A stretch of 38,120 nucleotides of DNA from a virus: IMG/VR virus record IMGVR_UViG_3300007351_000034. One strand, given 5' to 3'. Each line of letters begins with the position of its first letter. The first letter of the stretch is position 1. Of the stretch, positions 21,514 through 29,519 are shown piece after piece. Both the position numbers and the translations under genes were made by a program. The notes beneath the pieces are model-generated. The model did not search any database. It had not been told where the DNA came from and saw nothing but the letters and a program-made list of their open reading frames with translations.

Positions 21514-22279
21514 CCTCTCCATCCTCATCCCCTCTCGCAACGAACCCTACTTGCAACAAACAGTAGACTCAATCTTCGAGAACTCGGAGGCTGATATTGA
21601 AGTGTTGGTGGGGTTGGACGGTGCTTCCTACGAGGAAACGGGTGCGTTCGCATTGAGAAACGAGTGTCGGGTGTTCGGTTCACCCGTCATCGGCCAGCGA
21701 GCCATGACTAACATGCTCGCCGAGGAAGCAAAAGGCGCATACCTTATGAAAGTGGATGCACATTGCTCATTTGGCCCCGGCTTCGACCGTATACTCCTCG
21801 AAACTATAGAGGACGATGTGATTCTCTCCCCGCTCATGTACCCACTCGATGTGCCGGGATGGACCATAAACCACCACAAGCCAATGTCTAACTTCGTGTT
21901 TGACGAGAACTTTGTGATGCAGTTCGCCCCGGAAAGAGAGGAAAAGACCCATGAGGTCATGTGCCTACAAGGTTCAGCCTTCATGCTCACCAAAGACCTC
22001 TACTTTGAACTCGGATTGGATGAAAAAGCATTCGGGTCATGGGGTTCCCAGGGTGTAGAGATAGGCTGCAAGGCATGGTTCAACGGCAAACGCTGTATGA
22101 CCACTAAAAAGACCTTCTACGGTCATCTATTCAGAACTACTGACGCTGACTTCCCCTACGATCGGGGAGAAAACCCAGGAAAACAGTCAAATGAGCTATG
22201 TAAACGCTTATTTGGCGAGCACCCTAAACTTGACTGGCTTAGAGAGAAGTTCTCCACACCACAAATGCCTGTAAGTTAG
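21506..22279 (+). CDS. GT-A fold glycosyltransferase (GT2 / ppGalNAc-transferase-like)
   Basis: LSILIPSRNE...VLVGLDGAS, a DxH motif (KVDAHCSF), and WGSQGVEIGCKAWFNGKRC, which resembles the WGGEN..E...R.W.CGG block of GT27/GT2 enzymes. Confidence 0.7.
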   Translation: MPDLSILIPSRNEPYLQQTVDSIFENSEADIEVLVGLDGASYEETGAFALRNECRVFGSPVIGQRAMTNMLAEEAKGAYLMKVDAHCSFGPGFDRILLETIEDDVILSPLMYPLDVPGWTINHHKPMSNFVFDENFVMQFAPEREEKTHEVMCLQGSAFMLTKDLYFELGLDEKAFGSWGSQGVEIGCKAWFNGKRCMTTKKTFYGHLFRTTDADFPYDRGENPGKQSNELCKRLFGEHPKLDWLREKFSTPQMPVS

Positions 22280-22502
22280 TAGCCTATAGACACAAGCCGC
22301 TATGGTGTTGTGGCGGCTCGGAGAGCGGAGTCGAGGCTACTGCAAGCTCTCTTAAATTGGCAGAGTATGGAGCCGAAAGGCTGTGAAGTATATCTGACAC
22401 CTCGCAGTCCGGTTAGAAACCTCGGGCCTTCGGCTCCTACACCAACGAGAGGCCGGACTGAGAATGACATAAGCGCAACCCCTGACTCAACATCGGGGGT
22501 TG
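22277..22502 (+). ncRNA. Candidate structured RNA / structured leader upstream of the portal gene
   Basis: Helices 22277-22285/22334-22342, 22295-22303/22310-22318, 22369-22377/22429-22437 (9 bp, perfect), 22405-22414/22451-22460 and 22476-22482/22496-22502. A GAAA hairpin lies at 22371-22382. Five G.U pairs are valid on the plus strand only. Confidence 0.35.
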
Positions 22503-22506
22503 TTGC

Positions 22507-22517
22507 GTTATCCCCAA
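22507..22517 (+). promoter_or_regulatory. Copy of conserved motif GTTATCCCCAa
   Basis: Follows a 7-bp hairpin by 4 nt; 36 nt upstream of portal ATG 22554. Confidence 0.4.
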
Positions 22518-22553
22518 CACAAGGTTGTATTTTGACGGCATTGTGCTAGGTGA

Positions 22554-24368
22554 ATGGCTAGCATACACGAGATTGTCAGGACTGCGGAAGATAGCTATCT
22601 CCGTGGCACTACCAAGCTTGGCGAATACGTCGAGTGGGACATGCACGACACGATCGAGCGGGTAGACGCCTACCTGAACTCTCGCCATACCTCAGGCCCG
22701 ACTGATTCACTAGGGCGGGAGAAGCCTTTCTTCAACATCGTCACGGCCGCGACGAACATCTGGTATCGCGCTACCGACCTCGACCGCAAGGACATCCGCA
22801 TCCTCCCGAGCAAGTCAGATGAGACTGCGCTCGCATTCATGGCAACCGTCCTCCTCCACAAGTGGATGAAAGAGGCTCGGTTCGGGGTATTCCTCAACGA
22901 TTGGGGCCGCGCACTCGCCCGCTACGGTTCAGCAGTCTGCAAGTTCGTCGAGAAGGACGGGCAGCTCGTGCCTTCGGTCATCCCCTGGAACCGGCTCATT
23001 GTCGATCCGGTTGATTTTGACGGCCTCCCCCGGATTGAAAAGCTCTACCTCACACCGGCGCAGCTGAAGCAGAACAAGCTCTACGACCAGCAGATGGTTG
23101 ACGATTTGCTCTCTGCCAAGCAGTCACGAGAAACGCTTGATGGCGAGCAGAAGGACAACCTCTCCAATTTCATAGAACTCTACGAGGTACACGGCTACCT
23201 CCCGGCGAATCTTCTTGAGGACGAGCCTGACGAGGAGGACGACACCTACGTTCAGCAGATGCATGTCATCGCCTACGTCGCCACCGGCAAGGGCGAACAT
23301 GCCGATTTCACGCTCTACAAGGGCCGGGAGAAGAAAGACCCGTACATGATCACCCACCTCATCAAAGAGGACGGTCGCACGCTCTCCATCGGCGCAGTCG
23401 AGTACCTATTCGACGCTCAGTGGATGGTCAACCACTCGATGAAGAACATGAAGGACACGCTCGACCTGGCCTCAAAGCTCATCTTCCAGACGGCTGACCC
23501 ACGCTACCAGGGTAAGAACGTCCTCTCAGCCATCGAGACCGGAGACATTTTCGTATACGACGACAAGAAGGGACCACTCACCCGCATTGCAAACGATAAG
23601 CCCGACATTCAGGCGTTCCAGAACTTCGCTAAGGAGTGGCAGGCCATCGGGCAGGAGCTGACCGCGACCCCAGATTCGCTTCGCGGTGCGACTCCCCCAT
23701 CGGGTACGGCTCTCGGCACGGTGCAAATCGTCACGTCCCAGGGACTCTCGCTCTTCGAGATCATGACCGAGAACAAGGGACTGCATGTCGAGGACATGAT
23801 GCGCGAGTACATCCTTCCCTTCCTCAAGAAGCAGATGGACACGAAGGACGAGATTATGACAATCCTCGACGACGAGCAGATCACCGAAATCGACGCCATG
23901 TGGGTGCCGAAGGAGGCAATCAAGCGATACAACCAGCAGATCAAGGATGAGCTTTTGAAGGACGACCCCGACCTCGGTGTCCTCTCCCCCTACCAGGCAG
24001 ACATGTTTGAGGGAGAAGTGCGGAAAGACCTCGCGCCTCTCGGTAATAAGCGGTTCTTCAAGGTCTCCGACATCGAGGAGAAGTCATGGAAGGACGCACT
24101 CAAGGACTTCGAGATGACCATCTCGGTCGAGGTCACGAACGAGCAGTCTGAGAAGCAGGCGGTACTTACGACCCTCTCTGCTCTCCTCCAGACCATCGCT
24201 GGAAATCCGATGATTCTACAAGACCCGAACGCTAAGCTCCTCTTCAACAAGATTATCCAGGAGACCGGTGTCATCTCCCCACTTCAGCTCTCCGCAGCAT
24301 CCGCACAGCCAGCTCCTCAGGGCTCTCCTCCGGGTGGAACTGAGGCATTAGAAACGCTAACTACCTAA
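22554..24368 (+). CDS. Portal protein
   Basis: 604 aa. First large gene after terL, followed by scaffold and capsid genes. The N-terminal region (GREKPFFNIVTAATNIWYRATDLDRKDI) resembles podovirus head-tail connector proteins as I recall them. Confidence 0.7.
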   Translation: MASIHEIVRTAEDSYLRGTTKLGEYVEWDMHDTIERVDAYLNSRHTSGPTDSLGREKPFFNIVTAATNIWYRATDLDRKDIRILPSKSDETALAFMATVLLHKWMKEARFGVFLNDWGRALARYGSAVCKFVEKDGQLVPSVIPWNRLIVDPVDFDGLPRIEKLYLTPAQLKQNKLYDQQMVDDLLSAKQSRETLDGEQKDNLSNFIELYEVHGYLPANLLEDEPDEEDDTYVQQMHVIAYVATGKGEHADFTLYKGREKKDPYMITHLIKEDGRTLSIGAVEYLFDAQWMVNHSMKNMKDTLDLASKLIFQTADPRYQGKNVLSAIETGDIFVYDDKKGPLTRIANDKPDIQAFQNFAKEWQAIGQELTATPDSLRGATPPSGTALGTVQIVTSQGLSLFEIMTENKGLHVEDMMREYILPFLKKQMDTKDEIMTILDDEQITEIDAMWVPKEAIKRYNQQIKDELLKDDPDLGVLSPYQADMFEGEVRKDLAPLGNKRFFKVSDIEEKSWKDALKDFEMTISVEVTNEQSEKQAVLTTLSALLQTIAGNPMILQDPNAKLLFNKIIQETGVISPLQLSAASAQPAPQGSPPGGTEALETLTT

Positions 24369-24370
24369 GC

Positions 24371-24742
24371 ATGGCAGAACGGGCAACGCTTAAGGACGTG
24401 CTCAACTACGAGCCGGACAAGTATCTTGCAGATGACGAGGTTGCACTGATCCAGAACGCGATCAAGTACAACCCGACGCTTCTCAAGGTACTCAGGAAGA
24501 TTCTCCTCCCGACGTACAAGGATATAGAACTCCCGAACGAGGAGCTTGAGTCGGACATCTTTAATCAGGGACGTGTATGGGCGCAGATCCCCGCAGAAGA
24601 AGCAAAGATTCTCGCCGTCGCACGACAGGACGCCATCGCATTCGTCATGAACGGCCTCGTGAAGCTCCGCGTTATCGCGGGACTTGAGGAGGAGTCAGAG
24701 GAATCGAAGGCCGAGCGTCGCAAGAAAGACTCAGCGAAGTAG
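24371..24742 (+). CDS. Hypothetical head-module protein
   Basis: 123-aa track ORF, 2 nt after the portal stop. Confidence 0.6.
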   Translation: MAERATLKDVLNYEPDKYLADDEVALIQNAIKYNPTLLKVLRKILLPTYKDIELPNEELESDIFNQGRVWAQIPAEEAKILAVARQDAIAFVMNGLVKLRVIAGLEEESEESKAERRKKDSAK

Positions 24743-24743
24743 C

Positions 24744-24754
24744 GTTATCCCCAC
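24744..24754 (+). promoter_or_regulatory. Copy of conserved motif GTTATCCCCAC
   Basis: Lies 1 nt after stop 24740-24742. Its CCCCA pairs with the downstream TGGGG. 56 nt upstream of scaffold ATG 24811. Confidence 0.4.
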
Positions 24755-24810
24755 TTTTAATGGGGTTGACACGCATATAGTGCATTTATCAGAGTTATCC
24801 ATCTCTCAAA

Positions 24811-25338
24811 ATGGACGAAAACAACCAGGACGGCTCGGAAGTCCTTGAAACAACCGAGGAAGTAGCAGAGGAGACTATTGAAACTCCTGAAGAGTCTGCG
24901 GAAGATCGCCTCACACGCATCGAAGCAGAGAAGGCTGAATTGGAGGCGAAGAACAAGCAATTGTACGAGCGCGCCAAGAAAGCTGAGGAAGCGAAGAAAG
25001 CTGAACCTTCCAACGAAACGAATCTCTCCCCCAAGGACTTCTTGGCACTTACTGAACATAAGGTGTCGTCCGAAGACTTCGACGAGGTTATCAGGGTCGC
25101 AAAGATTCTCGATAAGCCCGTCCATGAAGCACTCCGTGACGCAACGCTCAAGACGATCTTGGAGCAGAGGACCGAAGAGCGCCGTACCGCTTCAGCAACC
25201 AACACGCGCGGTTCGTCACGTGGAGCCGCTAAGGTTTCAGGAGACGACCTCCTGCGTCGGGCTGAGGCAACCGGCGAAGTCCCCGACTCTGATGAAGGGA
25301 TGAGGGCTCTCGCTCTGGCACGCGCTCAAGGCAAGTAG
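24811..25338 (+). CDS. Scaffolding protein
   Basis: 175 aa, very acidic and helical with coiled-coil character (EAEKAELEAKNKQLYERAKKAEEAKK). Located between the portal and capsid genes. Confidence 0.55.
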   Translation: MDENNQDGSEVLETTEEVAEETIETPEESAEDRLTRIEAEKAELEAKNKQLYERAKKAEEAKKAEPSNETNLSPKDFLALTEHKVSSEDFDEVIRVAKILDKPVHEALRDATLKTILEQRTEERRTASATNTRGSSRGAAKVSGDDLLRRAEATGEVPDSDEGMRALALARAQGK

Positions 25339-25347
25339 ACACAACGG

Positions 25348-25371
25348 GTGGGGTTAACACTTTAGCCCCAC
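25348..25371 (+). promoter_or_regulatory. Inverted pair of motif-like half sites forming a hairpin just upstream of the capsid gene
   Basis: GTGGGGTTAAC (25348) and TTTAGCCCCAC (25361) each differ by one base from the motif or its complement. GTGGGG/CCCCAC forms the stem. It ends 4 nt (25372-25375) before ATG 25376. Confidence 0.35.
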
Positions 25372-25375
25372 ATTA

Positions 25376-26233
25376 ATGGCAAATACACTTTCCACGTACA
25401 CTCTACGTGACAAGTACCTCAAGGCATCTCTTGAGACCCAGCTTCGCAACAACTCCATCGCGGCAAACATCTTCCGCGTGGATATGTCGGAGCAGAAGCG
25501 CATTCAGAATCCGTACATCACCCAGCAGACCGCCGCTATCCAGGCAGTCGCTGGTACGTACTCGGTGTCGGCGATGACGACCACCGATGACACCCTTACC
25601 GTCTCGGAAGAGGTCGTCTTCGGTACGCACGTCTTCGACTTCGAGGAGCGCACGAGCCAGTTCAACCTTACTGCTGATTTCCTCGATGACCTCGCCTACT
25701 CGGTGATGGACAAGGCCCAGCAGTACGCGCTCAACAAGGTGCTCGATGACGCTACCTCGACCTACACCACCCCGGCAGGTGGCTTCACCACGGCAGCTAA
25801 CATCCCGGTGATCGTCTCGAACCTTCTCTCGAAGGTCGCAGGCTACGCACAGGGTACGCCGAACCGCCACTTCCTCGTTATCGAGAACACCGACGTCGTT
25901 GGTGTCGCACAGGCAGCGTTCAGCTCCGGCTACAACTACGCTGACCAGGCACTCAACAACGGCCCGCAGTACAAGTACGGCGGCGTGGACATCTTCGTTG
26001 TCCGCACCGGCACCTTCGTCACCGCGACCCTCGGTACGCTCTCGGCTACCAACTCGGGCCACCGCCTCTTCGGTGTCAAGGGCGTCGCTACCTACGCGAT
26101 GCCGCGCGGCATCCGCTACGAGGAGAAGGGCGTCTCGGGCAAGACCGGCAAGGAAGTCGTCGCATACGCAATCTGCGGTGCGAAGGCATGGACCCCGCGT
26201 GCTGCCCTGTTCGTGGACATCACGATCGCCTAA
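25376..26233 (+). CDS. Major capsid protein (HK97-fold expected)
   Basis: 285 aa, immediately after the scaffold gene, followed by strong hairpins. The antisense 219-aa ORF is a GC artefact. Confidence 0.7.
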   Translation: MANTLSTYTLRDKYLKASLETQLRNNSIAANIFRVDMSEQKRIQNPYITQQTAAIQAVAGTYSVSAMTTTDDTLTVSEEVVFGTHVFDFEERTSQFNLTADFLDDLAYSVMDKAQQYALNKVLDDATSTYTTPAGGFTTAANIPVIVSNLLSKVAGYAQGTPNRHFLVIENTDVVGVAQAAFSSGYNYADQALNNGPQYKYGGVDIFVVRTGTFVTATLGTLSATNSGHRLFGVKGVATYAMPRGIRYEEKGVSGKTGKEVVAYAICGAKAWTPRAALFVDITIA

Positions 26234-26239
26234 CCATTA

Positions 26240-26297
26240 CCAGCTCGCTTTGCGGGCTGGATGGGAGAGGTGGATACCCACCCGTTGCGCCTCTCCC
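26240..26297 (+). terminator. Two hairpins after the capsid gene (attenuator/terminator-like, no U-run)
   Basis: CCAGC/GCTGG (26240-26260) and a perfect 8-bp stem GGGAGAGG/CCTCTCCC (26263-26297). Confidence 0.35.
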
Positions 26298-26326
26298 GCC
26301 CAGCTCGTAAGGCTAACCAAACTTAC

Positions 26327-26545
26327 ATGGCAAAGAAAGAGAAAGACGTTGTCGAGGAGGCTCCGGTCGTCCTTGAAGCCCCTGATCTCCCGCTTGAAGA
26401 GGTGGATGTCGTGTCCGCTCCGGCTGGTGATCGTAAGGCTCGTTGGGAGAAGTTTCTCGCAGACGCTGAGAAGCAGAACCCGGTCAAGTTCGCAGTCAAG
26501 AAGGCTAACGGTGAGTTCGACGAGATCCCCGAATCCTTCCGTTAA
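26327..26545 (+). CDS. 72-aa acidic head-module protein
   Basis: Start placed at ATG 26327 (MAKKEKDVVEEAPVV...). The frame is open all the way back to the capsid stop codon. Confidence 0.5.
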   Translation: MAKKEKDVVEEAPVVLEAPDLPLEEVDVVSAPAGDRKARWEKFLADAEKQNPVKFAVKKANGEFDEIPESFR

Positions 26546-26567
26546 TTACCAGTTAGTCCTTTGCTAA

Positions 26568-27086
26568 ATGGACATCCTCAAAACCATCATCGTCGCAGGA
26601 GCAATCTCCCTCTCTGTCGCTATCGGATTCTCCGTGATCGACAAGGGTGAGGTCGTCGGTGCGCTCTCCAGCCCGAATGTCCCCTCGTACTTGAACGTAC
26701 AGGGCTACTTCGTTCAGGGCGGTGGCGTTTCGACCGTAACTCCGGTCACCTCGACCGTGACGCTCACGCACGCCCAGATGGTTGACGCGAACGTCATCAC
26801 GTTCACCGCGTCTTCCACTCAGGCTGCGCTCACCGCGACGCTCCCTGCATCGACCACGTTCCCGCTTCCCGTAGAAGCAGGCTCGTACCGTTCCTGGGTC
26901 ATTGAGAACCCGTTCACCGCCGCTGCAACCACCACCACGATTGCTGCTGGTACGGGTATCGACCTCCAGGTGCCGGACGGCCAGAACGTCGTCATCGGTA
27001 TCAACAACTACGCATTCCTGACCTGCTTACGCGAGGCAAGCACGGACATTGTGTGCCGGGTCGACGAGACCATCCCCGCAGATTAG
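26568..27086 (+). CDS. Membrane-anchored or secreted beta-rich protein
   Basis: N-terminal hydrophobic segment ILKTIIVAGAISLSVAIGFSV, then Thr/Ser/Val-rich beta-type sequence. Confidence 0.6.
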   Translation: MDILKTIIVAGAISLSVAIGFSVIDKGEVVGALSSPNVPSYLNVQGYFVQGGGVSTVTPVTSTVTLTHAQMVDANVITFTASSTQAALTATLPASTTFPLPVEAGSYRSWVIENPFTAAATTTTIAAGTGIDLQVPDGQNVVIGINNYAFLTCLREASTDIVCRVDETIPAD

Positions 27087-27099
27087 TTCCTTCCTAGCC

Positions 27100-27152
27100 T
27101 AATTGGCTGGGGCCAGACCGGGAATACTCGTGGTCTGACGAATAGCCAATTA
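27100..27152 (+). repeat. Composite inverted repeat (9 bp + 6 bp stems) between two membrane-protein genes
   Basis: TAATTGGCT/AGCCAATTA (27100-27108 / 27144-27152) encloses CAGACC/GGTCTG. It ends 4 nt before ATG 27157. No U-run follows. Confidence 0.6.
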
Positions 27153-27156
27153 CCAC

Positions 27157-27603
27157 ATGAAGATACTTACCAATCACGTTCACCTCATCGTGCTTGCGGC
27201 CGTTATCGTCGCGCTCGGCGCATATTCCCTCTTCACGGCCCCGAAGGTCGTGGAAGGTTCGGTATATGACGCCACCGTTATCGGTGTCGCCACGAGTTCA
27301 GCTGCGGTGTCAGTCACCAGTTCGCAGACCATTCTTGCAACCACTACCAGCACCACCGGCACGAGCTACACCCGCGTGTACGCGACTGTCTGCAACCCCT
27401 CAACCACTGTCGTCTACCTGAACATGGACAACGGCAAGGTAGCGGCACTTGCGAATGGCGCGTTCACTGTCGCTATCGCTGCGGCATCCGGATACGACGC
27501 CTGCTTCGAGATCACCGACCGTAACCAGTACAGCGGCACTATCACCGCGTCGTCGACCAACCAGACGGCGGTAACGGTGTACGCCAAGCAGTACGTGCAG
27601 TAG
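27157..27603 (+). CDS. Membrane-anchored or secreted beta-rich protein
   Basis: N-terminal hydrophobic segment HLIVLAAVIVALGAYSLF. The body is Thr/Ser-rich and similar in style to 26568-27086. Confidence 0.6.
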   Translation: MKILTNHVHLIVLAAVIVALGAYSLFTAPKVVEGSVYDATVIGVATSSAAVSVTSSQTILATTTSTTGTSYTRVYATVCNPSTTVVYLNMDNGKVAALANGAFTVAIAAASGYDACFEITDRNQYSGTITASSTNQTAVTVYAKQYVQ

Positions 27604-27607
27604 CCCT

Positions 27608-27865
27608 ATGACGCCCGAGGACCGAGAAGCCATCGTCGCCGTCATCAAGGAAACGGTCAACGGGAAAATCGACCGCCTCAACGACAAGATGGATCGCCAC
27701 AACGAGATACACGAGCAGGACATGAAAGAGGTTCGCGCTCACATCGAGGAGACCAAGCCAATCATCGTTGCGTACCAGGGAGGAAGGGTTCTTGGTGAAC
27801 TCATCAAGTGGCTCGCGGGCGTCGGTGCAGCCGTATTACTCGTCTGGTCCTGGGTAGCCAAATAG
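27608..27865 (+). CDS. Small protein with C-terminal transmembrane helix
   Basis: 85 aa with a helical N-terminal part and the C-terminal WLAGVGAAVLLVWSWV. Confidence 0.6.
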   Translation: MTPEDREAIVAVIKETVNGKIDRLNDKMDRHNEIHEQDMKEVRAHIEETKPIIVAYQGGRVLGELIKWLAGVGAAVLLVWSWVAK

Positions 27866-27868
27866 CCT

Positions 27869-28609
27869 ATGTCTCTAGCATTCTCCGATACCAGCACCTA
27901 CAAGGGCATCATCCAGGAACTCGAACGGGAAATCGGGGAGGACTACGGATACATCTCGGGCAATCCAACCCGCCTCAAGGCCGCCACGGTATCGGTGAAC
28001 CAGGCGTACGACGACTACCTTCCACTGGCATTCCAGGGGTCAGGGACGTGGCAGTTCGACGACTCGAACCACACCGACTACCCCGAGGCACGGCATAACC
28101 TCGTATCAGGACGCAGGGACTATAAGTTCACCACCGACGAGAGCTCCAACCTCATCCTCGACATCCACAAGGTCATGGTTGCCGACTCCTCGGGGGTATT
28201 CCATGAGGCGAAGCCAGTAGACAAGCAGTCAGAAACCGACACCGATGGGCTGTGGGACGGCAGGGATACGGGGGGCTTCCCTATCAAGTACGACAAGACG
28301 GCCAACGCCATCTTCCTTGACCCGATTCCTAACTACAACTACACGGAGGGGCTGAAAATCTTTATCAACCGCGAGCCATCCTACTTCGTCTCTACTGACA
28401 CCTCGAAGAAGCCCGGCGTGCCAGGGCACCACCACCGCTGGTTCGTGATCCGTGCGGCTGAGGACTTTGCCCGGAGGAATAACCTCACCAACTACCCCGC
28501 GATCCGCGCGGAACGCCTGGCGATGGAGGCGTCAATCAAAGAATACTTCGGCTCCCGCAACCGGGACGAGCGGAAGCGATTAGAAGCAGCAAAACACTCA
28601 AACAAATAA
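27869..28609 (+). CDS. Putative head-tail adaptor (position-based)
   Basis: 246 aa. First non-membrane structural gene after the capsid block in a T7-like order (portal, scaffold, capsid, adaptor, nozzle, internal proteins, fibre). Confidence 0.4.
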   Translation: MSLAFSDTSTYKGIIQELEREIGEDYGYISGNPTRLKAATVSVNQAYDDYLPLAFQGSGTWQFDDSNHTDYPEARHNLVSGRRDYKFTTDESSNLILDIHKVMVADSSGVFHEAKPVDKQSETDTDGLWDGRDTGGFPIKYDKTANAIFLDPIPNYNYTEGLKIFINREPSYFVSTDTSKKPGVPGHHHRWFVIRAAEDFARRNNLTNYPAIRAERLAMEASIKEYFGSRNRDERKRLEAAKHSNK

Positions 28610-28610
28610 T

Positions 28611-29084
28611 ATGACTGATAAGAATGGAGTCGAAATCAGGGCCGGGCACCTCGTGAAGCGCGAGGGCCTGGTCCTGTACGCAGACGGACTGAAGCGCAAG
28701 GTTTCTAAGAAGACCTGGCTCGTCTCAAAGGTCGAGGACGGCAAGGTGTTCTACCAGGACGAGAACGGCAACGACACGCTCCTCCCATGCCCCAAGAACG
28801 AGGGAGCCTTCCTCATCGTAGGAGACGAGAGCGGCGTATTCCCCGAGCACCAGATTCAGACAGTGAATATAACCCTTGGCGGCGTGGGCCAGAAGTACCG
28901 CGTACACGGGGACGTACCCGAGAAGGATTGGAAGGACGGCGACATCGTACTCATCCACGGCACCGTGTCGAAGGACACCATCGACTCCGGGAAACTTGAA
29001 CTCGTGCCGGATTCGGTCGAACACAAGCACGTGCTCGTAGTGGTGGACGCTATCAGCCTTAATAACCGCGTACACAATGGCTAG
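28611..29084 (+). CDS. Hypothetical virion-module protein
   Basis: 157-aa track ORF, 1 nt after the upstream stop. Confidence 0.6.
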   Translation: MTDKNGVEIRAGHLVKREGLVLYADGLKRKVSKKTWLVSKVEDGKVFYQDENGNDTLLPCPKNEGAFLIVGDESGVFPEHQIQTVNITLGGVGQKYRVHGDVPEKDWKDGDIVLIHGTVSKDTIDSGKLELVPDSVEHKHVLVVVDAISLNNRVHNG

Positions 29085-29517
29085 CGCAGTATTCAACTCC
29101 TTCAAGGGCCGCATCCTGGGCGATAGCTCAATCGTCGGTACGGCTATCAACCTCGCCTCGGACACTATCAAGATGTCCCTGCACTCGTCCTCGTGGGTGC
29201 CGGACATCGACGCCGACGATCACTTCGACGACGTAGACAACGAGGTGTCTGCTTCTGGCACGTACTCGGCGGGTGGGGCCACCCTCACTGTCTCCTGCTC
29301 GACCGACGATACCGATGATGAGGGTGTGATGGACGCGACTGACGTGTCCTTCACCTCCGCAACAATCACCGCCCGCTACGCAATCATCTACAAGTCTACT
29401 GGTACGGCGTCTACCTCTCCCCTCGTGCTCTACATCGACTTCGGCAGCAATCAGACCTCGACCGCAGGAACCTTCACCGTCTCATTCGCAGCGGAGGGCA
29501 TTCTGAACCTCAACTAG
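29077..29517 (+). CDS. Conserved phage structural-module protein (family seen in many phages, function unknown)
   Basis: The pattern SFKGRILG...DTIKMSLHSSSWVPDIDADDHFDDV...ATITARYAIIYKSTGTASTSPLVLYIDFG is a recurrent phage family as I recall it. Confidence 0.55.
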   Translation: MASAVFNSFKGRILGDSSIVGTAINLASDTIKMSLHSSSWVPDIDADDHFDDVDNEVSASGTYSAGGATLTVSCSTDDTDDEGVMDATDVSFTSATITARYAIIYKSTGTASTSPLVLYIDFGSNQTSTAGTFTVSFAAEGILNLN

Positions 29518-29519
29518 CT

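Noticed and set aside
22369-22447. tRNA-like element (GGAGCCG...CGGCTCC acceptor-like helix followed by ...CCA)
   Set aside because: Only 69 nt lie between the helix ends. There is no canonical T-arm (GGTTAGAAACC does not close with a 5-bp stem), and four nucleotides rather than one separate the helix from CCA.
22310-22549. 79-aa GTG-initiated ORF upstream of the portal gene
   Set aside because: No ATG and no ribosome-binding context. Its composition is Arg/Ser/Pro-rich. It spans the hairpins and the conserved motif.
25403-26062. 219-aa antisense ORF inside the capsid gene, and the 222-aa alternative-frame ORF at 25899-26567
   Set aside because: These are typical Arg/Gly/Ala-rich shadow ORFs of GC-rich coding DNA. 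The capsid frame is the only one with protein-like composition and the correct module position.
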